Shown: in pieces, positions 18,642 to 26,406 of the stretch | Position numbering within the stretch: position 1 is the first letter of the stretch | How the letters are laid out: each line of letters opens with the position of its first letter | Source: Candidatus Dormiibacterota bacterium | Lineage (GTDB): Bacteria > Chloroflexota > Dormibacteria > Aeolococcales > Aeolococcaceae | NCBI GenBank assembly: GCA_963709585.1 | Contig: CAVPXI010000007.1 | Span: 1-64,000 of the forward strand | DNA: 64,000 nucleotides | Reading direction: 5' to 3' | The notes under the pieces: generated by a model | What the model saw: the letters and a program-made list of their open reading frames with translations, nothing else | The model's database searches: none | What the model was told of the DNA's origin: nothing | Translations under genes and position numbers: made by a program

Positions 18642-21542
18642 CTACTGGAACCAGCCGGCCACATCGAGGATCGCGTTGATGTCGCCCGCCGCGTTGTAGA
18701 GGTCGATGTTGCCGCTCGAGCCTCCTGTGGTGGCCAGCCCCACGATGGCGAGGTTGGCGATCGTGATACCGGCGGCGGGATTCAGGTCGGAGGCGAGCGG
18801 CCGGGTGGTCACGTCGCCGGGGTAGAGCGTCAAATACGTCGCGGCGCTCCCCCCGACGCCCGTGAGGTTGGCCACCATGGCAACCGGGGGTGTCGATCCG
18901 CCGGTGGCCGGCACCACCAGGACGCCTGCGACCGGGACCGGTTCGGTCGCGCCCGCGGTCAGCGCCTGACCCTGGCACTCAGTGCCCGACCCGGCCCGGG
19001 TGTCGCAGATGCGCGTGGGTGACACCGCATAGAAGAGTGCCCCGGTACTGGTCTCGCTCCCATTGCCGAACCAGCCGTCGATGTCGATGATGATGTTGGC
19101 GCTGCCCGTGCTGTTGTAGACGCACACGTCCTGATGCGAACCAAGCGAGGCGATCACGCGATTGGGCAGCGACGAGCCGGGTGGGAGGTTGATGTTGGAG
19201 ACTGACGGAGCGCCCGTCGGGCACAGACCCGTGCGCGGATCCGGCGGCTCCACCGAGAGGTAGGTCGTAGCGCTGCCCTGGGTGCCGGTGAGATTGAAGA
19301 CCGCGGCCGCGGCGGTGCCGTCTGATGGGATGGCCGGACCGTTGCCTCCCGGAGGAAGGCCGGAAAGCACCACGTCACGCCAGGTGTTTGCGCGGATCGG
19401 GTTGTTGACCGCGCCAGCGCAGACGGTGCCCTGCCCGGCCCGCGTGTCGCAGATGCGCAGCGGTCGCATGGGATGAAAGGCACCGGCGACAGGGGAAGCG
19501 CCCGGGGGAGCGAAGTACCCCTGGATGTCGACGATGACATCAGCGCGCCCCGCAGCATTGAAGACGCTCATCGCACCACCCGTGCCCAGTTGCACCACGA
19601 CGAGATTGGCCTGGGCGTTCTGCCCATTGAGGTTGATGTTCGATGCGAGCGGGACCGTGGCGCCGGCGGGAAAGGCGGTGACGTACGTGGCGCTGGTGCT
19701 GTCGTTGATCGCCGTGACGTTGACGGCGACAGCCTCAGCGTTGTTCGGCACGACCTGTCCCAGCGCGTTTCGTTCGCCGGTGACCTGGACTGTGAGCGTG
19801 CCCTTGGCTCCAAGCGTCTTGCCGGTGCATTGGTTGTGCGGCAGGAGCGCTCGAGTATCGCAGACACGAAAGGCCGTCATCGCCGTGTATGCACCCGGCG
19901 CTACGTACACGTAGTGGTCGGCGGCGCTGGCCGCAGTGGTCCCTCCTGGGGTCGTGACCGTGACGTCGACGGTCCCAGGAGCAGTCGATTGCGGGGTGTA
20001 GGCGGTGATCTCCGTCGGGCTGGTCACCGCAAAGCATCCTCCCGGCGATCCCGGACATGGGTAGGGATTGGTTGCCGGCACATCGATCGTGCCGAAGTGC
20101 ACATCGGATGTGGTGACGCCGCTCCCGTTGAAGTTCGTCCCGCTGAGCGTGACCAGCTCGCCTCCCTCCTGTGCTCCCTCGGTTGGAGCAACACCCGTCA
20201 CCGACGGCAGCGGAGGCGGTACGTACACGTAGTGGTCGGCGGCACCGGTCGCAGTGGTCCCTCCTGGGGTCGTGACCGTGACGTCGACGGTGCCAGGAGC
20301 AGGCGATCGCGGGGTGTAGGCGGTGATCTCCGTCGGGCTGGTCACCGCAAAGCATCCTCCGGGCGATCCCGGACATGGGTAGGCATTGGTTGGCGGGACA
20401 TCGATCGTGCCGAAGTGCAGATCGGATGTGGTGAAGCCGCTCCCGTTGAAATGCGTGCCGCTGACGGTCACCAGCTCGCCGCCCTCCTGTGGTCCCTGCG
20501 TCGGAGCGACACCCGTCACCGACGGCGGCGGCGCCGAAACCGGCACACCGAACGCCGGGGTGATGTCGCCGAAGGCTGGATCGGCGGAGTTGCCCAGCAG
20601 GTCAACGACATACGCCTCCTCGATTCCTCGCAGCGTCGCGTAGTGATCTCCCGATGTGGCGAATGGATGCTGCGAATTCGCGCTGATCACCAGGGTGGGG
20701 ACGTGACCGCCGATGCCGTACGACCCACCGGACGTGTCGCCATCGGCGCTCTCGTCCCAGGTGATGATGATGATGCCGCCGCTCGTGTACCAGTTCGACG
20801 ACATCACCTGCGGCAGATTGGTCTGCAACCAGCTGTCACCGGCAGTGACCAGCTGATCGCTGGTGTCGGTAGCGCACGGCGATGCTGCACTGGTGTCGCC
20901 GTGCATGTCATTGCAGTCATTGGGGACGACGAAGGCGAAGGCAGGTGCGTTGGCTCCGTCGAGCGCGGCCGCAATCCCGCTCGATCCCGGATAGGGCACG
21001 ACTCCCTCGGAGCCGGCATTGGCGCTGCTGCACCAACCCCCGCCCCCGGCCGAGTAATTCGTGAAATAGTGGAACGGATTGTGAACCGCGTCGTACTGGC
21101 CGTCGCTCGTCGAGTTCACCGAGGAGCATGGCGCCGGCATGCTCTCCATGTAGCCCTGCCAGGGGATGCCGGCGGTGTGCAGCTCATCGACCAGGGTCGT
21201 GGACGAGTACGGCTTGCCGATGGGCACACCCAGATCCGACCCGTCGAGCAGATCGAGATAGTCATGAGGGCTGTTGTGCTGCACGGCGTACCAATTGGTC
21301 GCGGAGGTGTAGGTGCCGGCGAGACTGTTGATGTATGGCGCGCTGGGGTTGTTGATGATGTACGGGGTGCCCTGAGCCGAGCCATAGGCCGCGTTCTCCT
21401 CGACGATGAGCATGATGTGCGGCGGGCTCGGCGGCGAAGCGTGGGCCGGTACCGGCACGACGGCGAACGCGATCGACCCTAGGATGCCGAGCACTCCGGC
21501 GCCGCTGCGCGCGCGCCGACGCTTCCCTGCCCTCTCGTTCAT
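18642..21542 (-). CDS. secreted phosphoesterase + 2 IPT/TIG + three 'PxRICDTR' repeats
   Basis: GAGGA before ATG 21542, signal peptide ...PAHA; HIMLIVEEN, HNPF, NDMHG, ITWDE, DHYATLRGIEE. Confidence 0.88.
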   Translation of the reverse strand: MNERAGKRRRARSGAGVLGILGSIAFAVVPVPAHASPPSPPHIMLIVEENAAYGSAQGTPYIINNPSAPYINSLAGTYTSATNWYAVQHNSPHDYLDLLDGSDLGVPIGKPYSSTTLVDELHTAGIPWQGYMESMPAPCSSVNSTSDGQYDAVHNPFHYFTNYSAGGGGWCSSANAGSEGVVPYPGSSGIAAALDGANAPAFAFVVPNDCNDMHGDTSAASPCATDTSDQLVTAGDSWLQTNLPQVMSSNWYTSGGIIIITWDESADGDTSGGSYGIGGHVPTLVISANSQHPFATSGDHYATLRGIEEAYVVDLLGNSADPAFGDITPAFGVPVSAPPPSVTGVAPTQGPQEGGELVTVSGTHFNGSGFTTSDLHFGTIDVPPTNAYPCPGSPGGCFAVTSPTEITAYTPRSPAPGTVDVTVTTPGGTTATGAADHYVYVPPPLPSVTGVAPTEGAQEGGELVTLSGTNFNGSGVTTSDVHFGTIDVPATNPYPCPGSPGGCFAVTSPTEITAYTPQSTAPGTVDVTVTTPGGTTAASAADHYVYVAPGAYTAMTAFRVCDTRALLPHNQCTGKTLGAKGTLTVQVTGERNALGQVVPNNAEAVAVNVTAINDSTSATYVTAFPAGATVPLASNINLNGQNAQANLVVVQLGTGGAMSVFNAAGRADVIVDIQGYFAPPGASPVAGAFHPMRPLRICDTRAGQGTVCAGAVNNPIRANTWRDVVLSGLPPGGNGPAIPSDGTAAAAVFNLTGTQGSATTYLSVEPPDPRTGLCPTGAPSVSNINLPPGSSLPNRVIASLGSHQDVCVYNSTGSANIIIDIDGWFGNGSETSTGALFYAVSPTRICDTRAGSGTECQGQALTAGATEPVPVAGVLVVPATGGSTPPVAMVANLTGVGGSAATYLTLYPGDVTTRPLASDLNPAAGITIANLAIVGLATTGGSSGNIDLYNAAGDINAILDVAGWFQ
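19902..20526. repeat. intragenic tandem duplication, 318-bp period (two IPT/TIG domains)
   Basis: TACGTACACGTAGTGGTCGGCGGC starts at both 19902 and 20220, with high identity continuing for about 305 bp. Confidence 0.9.
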
Positions 21543-21748
21543 GCGCTTCCTCAGGTCGTAGCCCCTCCTGCGGCGATGACCAACGTTAGCATGGGTTCGC
21601 AGGTCTGAACGCATCGTCGTCGCTGCGTTGGAGATGCAAATGCGCGTCCGCGCAAGACCTGGAAGCGTTTTGGGCAGTGCGGCTACGACGCGGTAACGGC
21701 ACGGTTGCCCTCGCGTCTCGGATGAAGCGGTCGGCGTAGGCTCCGCCC

Positions 21749-21830
21749 CGTCGCAAAACGCACTCCCGCTGCGAGGCGGGTTCGCAAAGCCACGGGACTC
21801 CGAATACCGGAGCCGGCCGGGTTGCCGATG
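21749..21830 (+). ncRNA. c-di-GMP-I (GEMM-I)-type riboswitch aptamer, C20 variant, copy 1
   Basis: P1 CGTCG/CGATG; GCAC-TCCCGCT-GCGA-GGCGGG-TT-CGCAAAGC-CACGGG...CCGGGTTGCCGA matches the GEMM-I layout; TAGGCT -10 at 21737-21742. Confidence 0.85.
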
Positions 21831-21879
21831 CTGTTTCGTCGAGGTCTAGCACGCGGTGGCTCCGGCATGGAGGAACCAC

Positions 21880-23235
21880 ATGCACATCCGATCGAGACGA
21901 CATGACCCTGGCCGGCGTTCGCGTCGTTTGACTGCGAGGCGCGGACAGTTCATCGCCTGGTCGATCGGTATCGCTGTCGCTGTCGCCGCGTGCGGACCAT
22001 CGCCGGCCACAACGCGCGGCCAGGCGGCCAATGCACCGGTCTCCGGCTCCGGTCCCATGGCCCCGCCCGGCTCGAGTCCGGAGCGTAGAGGATCGAGCCG
22101 GACCGCTTCTGGCCAGCTCGACAAGTCCACCACGCTCGGTCAGGGACCCGCGTCGAGTCCGGGGTCGACGTCCGCGCCCGGCGGCGCGAGCACGGCCACA
22201 GCGACGGCGGCACCCACGCCCAGGTCCACGCCTACGCCCAGGCCAGCGCCGGCGGGCACCCGCAACAAGTACCTCTGGCCCTTCGCCAGCACCAGCATCT
22301 GGAACATGCCGATCGGCCGGGGCGCCGCCTACGTGCCCGCCCATATCGCCTTGCCCACCCTCCAGACCCTGACCGCGGACCAGGACATCATCGTCATGGA
22401 TCCGAGCGCGCCGATGGTGCTCCTCGCCCACAGCGGCGCCGGCTGGAGTGGCGGCAACCGCTGCACCGTCAGCGGCCCGACGCTGACCGCGGTGCCCATC
22501 CCCGCCACCTTCACCGTCTCCAGCAATGGCCACAACGACGCTTTGGCGGTGCTGATGCCCGACGGGCAGACGGTCATCCAGGCGCAGCCGTTCGCGCGCT
22601 GCACCCCGGCGGGCCCGGCCACCGCGCTGGCACTCGCGCCCGCCGACAACCTCTATACCAACGGCATCCTCGGCGCCCACGGCGGCTCCGGGCTCAGCTC
22701 CCTGGGCGGCACCCTCCGCTTGAACGAGCTCGTCCCCGGCGGGCAGATCCGTCACGCGCTCAAGGTCAACCTCGACGCGGCCGCCGATCTCTATCCGAGC
22801 CCGGGGTATCGCTGGCCCGCGATCCGGCATGACTCCTGCGCGCCCAGCTGCTACGGGGGCACGGTGCCCGCTCTGGAGATGGGCTCGCTGCTCGCCATCC
22901 CGACCAGCGTCAACATCAACGCGCTCGGCCTCCAGACCGCTCCCGCGCGGATGCTCGCGTGGACCCTGCAGAACTACGGCGCCTACGTCGCCGACAACAC
23001 CGCCCGGAGCGTGTTCTCGATCGAGACCGAGGACAGCCCCTCCGGCTCGGTGGTCAACCAGTTCCAGCAGACCTGGGGCTATGCCTTCCAGGCTCCCGCC
23101 GGGAGCGGCACCCCCTGGTCGCACGACATCAACCTGATCCTCGCCAACCTCAGCGTAGTCGCCAACAACGGACCCTCTACCATCGGCGGCGGTGGCTCCC
23201 CTCTGCAGCCACTCGCACCACCGATCGGCAACTGA
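21880..23235 (+). CDS. uncharacterised lipoprotein, copy A
   Basis: GGAGG then ATG 21880; lipobox VAAC; S/P/T linker; globular domain WPFASTSIWNMPIG...GAHGGSGLSSLGGTLR...LQNYGAYV. Confidence 0.85.
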   Translation: MHIRSRRHDPGRRSRRLTARRGQFIAWSIGIAVAVAACGPSPATTRGQAANAPVSGSGPMAPPGSSPERRGSSRTASGQLDKSTTLGQGPASSPGSTSAPGGASTATATAAPTPRSTPTPRPAPAGTRNKYLWPFASTSIWNMPIGRGAAYVPAHIALPTLQTLTADQDIIVMDPSAPMVLLAHSGAGWSGGNRCTVSGPTLTAVPIPATFTVSSNGHNDALAVLMPDGQTVIQAQPFARCTPAGPATALALAPADNLYTNGILGAHGGSGLSSLGGTLRLNELVPGGQIRHALKVNLDAAADLYPSPGYRWPAIRHDSCAPSCYGGTVPALEMGSLLAIPTSVNINALGLQTAPARMLAWTLQNYGAYVADNTARSVFSIETEDSPSGSVVNQFQQTWGYAFQAPAGSGTPWSHDINLILANLSVVANNGPSTIGGGGSPLQPLAPPIGN

Positions 23236-23242
23236 TCACCGC
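22246..23242 (+). repeat. left arm of ~1 kb inverted repeat
   Basis: Reverse complement of 24726-25722; about 8 mismatches seen by eye. Confidence 0.95.
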
Positions 23243-23375
23243 TTGTTTCGCCTTCGTTGTCGCACGCGCAACTGGCCTGCGCATGGAGCACGTCGGTGAT
23301 TTGGTGCTGGGGCAACGCCCCGGTGACGACGCGGTTGCGTGAGCGAAGCCGGCGCCGCGCTGGACATAGGCTCGC

Positions 23376-23461
23376 GGTGTCGCAAAACGCACCCCCGCCG
23401 CAAGGCGGGTTCGCAAAGCTACGGGGCTCCGAAAACCGGAGCCGGCCGGGTTGCCGATGCC
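23376..23461 (+). ncRNA. c-di-GMP-I (GEMM-I)-type riboswitch aptamer, C20 variant, copy 2
   Basis: P1 GGTGTCG/CGATGCC; GCAC-CCCCGCC-GCAA-GGCGGG-TT-CGCAAAGC-TACGGG...CCGGGTTGCCGA; TAGGCT -10 at 23367-23372; differences from copy 1 mostly fall in loops or keep pairing. Confidence 0.87.
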
Positions 23462-23511
23462 TTCTCGATGACGTGTATGGCACACGGTGACTCCCGGCAT
23501 GGAGGAACCGA

Positions 23512-24686
23512 ATGGATTTCGAATCGAGACGCAACGAGGGTGATCGACGTTCGCGACCAGGTGCCGTCATCGCGAAACACGTGCGAGCCCCCTGTCCTCG
23601 CTCGGAATCATGGTGCTCCTTGCTGCATGCGCCCAGGGAGCGGCGACCACCGCCGCGATCCCGCTGACCTCATCCGGCGCAGGGCACAGCGCATTCGGCC
23701 ACCCAACGACCCGATCCGGGACCGGCCGACCCAGCCCCACGTCGTCAGGACACACTTCGACACCAAGCGCAACTCACCCACCGGCTCCAGCGATCGACGT
23801 GAACACCGTATCGCCGTTGAAGCCGTCGCCGCGGCCTTCGGCGACACCACTGCCGACCCCGGGCCCGACACCATCACCGCCGCCGCACTCCGCCACGTCG
23901 CACGTGCTCGTGATCATGGAGGAGAACAAGGGCTACAAGGCGACGCTCGGCTCTTGCGGCGCGGACCCGTATTGGTGCTCGCTTGCCGCCAAGTACGCGA
24001 GCGACACGTCATGGTTCGGTGTCGCCCATCCCAGCGAGCCCAACTACGTCGCGTTTGAGTCGGGTGGCATCCAGGGCTGCGTCGGCGATACCTCGTGTGC
24101 CGCGAACTCCGTGTCAGCGACCGACCTCGGCGGTCAGCTCACCGCGAAGGGCGTGCCATGGGTCGGTTGGATGGAATCGATGCCGTCGCCCTGCTATACC
24201 GGTGTCGCGAGCAACGGGTATTTCCTCAAGCACTCGTTTGGTGGCTTCTTCAAGGACGAGTACGGGGCGTGCCACATCCTCCCGTACCCGGGTGTGTCGT
24301 CGGCAGTGAACACACTCGACGGTGCGAGTGCGCCGGACTTCGTGTGGATCACCCCGAACGTGACCGACGACATGCACGACGGCACCGTGCCGCAGGGTGA
24401 CGCGTGGCTCAAAACGAATCTCGCGCCGATCCTCGCCTCAACGTGGTTCACCGGCTTCAACTCGACCGTTGTCGTCACGATGGATGAGAACGACGCGCAG
24501 TCGAGCCCCGGCGGCGGCCAGGTCCCGATGGTGATCATCTCGTCGCTCGCCGCCGGTAGAGGCGCCGTCGCGACCCCGGGCAACCACTACGGACTGCTGC
24601 GCTCCATCGAGGAGGTCTACCGTCTACCCCTGCTCGGCGCCGCCGCCCTTTCCGTCAACGGGGACGTGCGCTCCTTGTTCGGCTGA
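23512..24686 (+). CDS. phosphoesterase lipoprotein; probable frameshift at C5 23588-23592
   Basis: GGAGG + ATG 23512 (MDFESRRNEGDRRSR, similar to MHIRSRRHDPGRRSR of the 21880 gene) is out of frame with ORF 23610; one more C joins them. Lipobox LAAC, IMEENKGY, HPSEPNY, DDMHD, TMDE, NHYGLLRSIEE. Confidence 0.85.
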
Positions 24687-24725
24687 GCCGCTTGGACTCC
24701 ATCCGTTCCGCACCCGCCGCGGCCT

Positions 24726-25722
24726 GCGGTGATCAGTTGCCGATCGGTGGTGCGAGTGGCTGCAGGGGGGAGCCACCGCCGCCGATGGTAGAGGGTCCGT
24801 TGTTGGCGACCACGCTGAGGTTGGCGAGGATCAGGTTGATGTCGTGCGACCAGGGGGTGCCGCTCCCGGCGGGAGCCTGGAAGGCATAGCCCCAGGTCTG
24901 CTGGAACTGGTTGACCACCGAGCCGGAGGGGCTGTCCTCGGTCTCGATCGAGAACACGCTCCGGGCGGTGTTGTCGGCGACGTAGGCGCCGTAGTTCTGC
25001 AGGGTCCAGGCGAGCATCCGCGCGGGAGCGGTCTGGAGACCGAGCGCGTTGAGGTTGACGCTGGTCGGGATGGCGAGCAGCGAGCCCATCTCCAGAGCGG
25101 GCACCGTGCCCCCGTAGCAGCTGGGCGCGCAGGAGTCATGCCGGATCGCGGGCCAGCGATACCCCGGGCTCGGATAGAGATCGGCGGCCGCGTCGAGGTT
25201 GACCTTGAGCGCGTGACGGATCTGCCCGCCGGGGACGAGCTCGTTCAAGCGGAGGGTGCCGCCCAGGGAGCTGAGCCCGGAGCCGCCGTGGGCGCCGAGG
25301 ATGCCGTTGGTATAGAGGTTGTCGGCGGGCGCGAGTGCCAGCGCGGTGGCCGGGCCCGCCGGGGTGCAGCGCGCGAACGGCTGCGCCTGGATGACCGTCT
25401 GCCCGTCGGGCATCAGCACCGCCAAAGCGTCGTTGTGGCCATTGCTGGAGACGGTGAAGGTGGCGGGGATGGGCACCGCGGTCAGCGTCGGGCCGCTGAC
25501 GGTGCAGCGGTTGCCGCCACTCCAGCCGGCGCCGCTGTGGGCGAGGAGCACCATCGGCGCGCTCGGATCCATGACGATGATGTCCTGGTCCGCGGTCAGG
25601 GTCTGGAGGGTGGGCAGGGCGATATGGGCGGGCACGTAGGCGGCGCCCCGGCCGATCGGCATGTTCCAGATGCTGGTGCTGGCGAAGGGCCAGAGGTACT
25701 TGTTGCGCGTGCCTGCCGGCGC
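24726..25722 (-). repeat. right arm of ~1 kb inverted repeat
   Basis: Mirror of 22246-23242 (paired coordinates sum to 47968). Confidence 0.95.
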
Positions 25723-26013
25723 CGGCGTCGGCGTGTGCTTCGGCCTGGGCATGGGGGCCTTCGCCTTTGCTATGGCTGTGGCGGTCGGCGCGCTCGTCGC
25801 TGCGGGCGATGAGAATGCGGTCGGCCCGCCATCCACGCCGGAGGTTGGTCCGGCGGTGGACGTTGCTTTGCCGGCGGAGTGCGTCGCTGCCGGACCACAG
25901 GCGACGAGGATGAGCGTCAGGCTGGCCGTCGCCACGAAGAGCCGGCGATAGCGCTCCATGAACACACGCAGCAACGCGCGCGCCTCGGACCCGGATGTCG
26001 TTCTGACGCCCAC
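24733..26013 (-). CDS. uncharacterised lipoprotein, copy B (start uncertain)
   Basis: GGGGGAAG before GTG 26013; lipobox LVAC; C-terminal ~328 aa identical to copy A except one I/L; different N-terminus. Confidence 0.85.
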   Translation of the reverse strand: MGVRTTSGSEARALLRVFMERYRRLFVATASLTLILVACGPAATHSAGKATSTAGPTSGVDGGPTAFSSPAATSAPTATAIAKAKAPMPRPKHTPTPAPAGTRNKYLWPFASTSIWNMPIGRGAAYVPAHIALPTLQTLTADQDIIVMDPSAPMVLLAHSGAGWSGGNRCTVSGPTLTAVPIPATFTVSSNGHNDALAVLMPDGQTVIQAQPFARCTPAGPATALALAPADNLYTNGILGAHGGSGLSSLGGTLRLNELVPGGQIRHALKVNLDAAADLYPSPGYRWPAIRHDSCAPSCYGGTVPALEMGSLLAIPTSVNLNALGLQTAPARMLAWTLQNYGAYVADNTARSVFSIETEDSPSGSVVNQFQQTWGYAFQAPAGSGTPWSHDINLILANLSVVANNGPSTIGGGGSPLQPLAPPIGN

Positions 26014-26406
26014 GTGACTTCCCCCATGCAAGACTTCCCCGCACCCCCGGGCTTCATCGCCAACCCGCCGGCGATGAACTGACCCAACCCGGCCTCATGG
26101 ATGTGCGGCCCCGCCGTGAAGCCGGCATCTTACGACGTCCGGGGGTGCCTCTTGGTGGAGGCGGTGCGCGGTGATGCAGCGTCAAGAAGCGCGGTACGGC
26201 TGCTGAACCTGCAGACGGTGATCTGCGCTCATTTCTTTGGGTGAATCCTCGTTTCTTTACATTGCGAAACTGATTGCGAGTCCTGACAGCCGCCGGTTCA
26301 GCGGTGCTACGGTGGAGCGGCGACGGATATCGCACTCATGTCGCTGTGCTGACGGCAACGGTTAGCGGGGGTTTGGTGCCAGCGATCATTCGACGGGGCC
26401 GATGAT

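Noticed and set aside
19473-21482. 669-aa plus-strand ORF
   Set aside because: Antisense shadow of the phosphoesterase gene; no motifs; expected in high-GC DNA.
22246-25722. Composite transposon or invertase shufflon
   Set aside because: The arms are lipoprotein coding sequence; no transposase, recombinase or target-site duplication seen.
26041-26075. ykkC/guanidine-I riboswitch (CGGCGGG...AAGCCCGGG on the minus strand)
   Set aside because: Lacks the AGGGTTCCG and GGTCCGAG core and the spacing is wrong; gene context does not fit.
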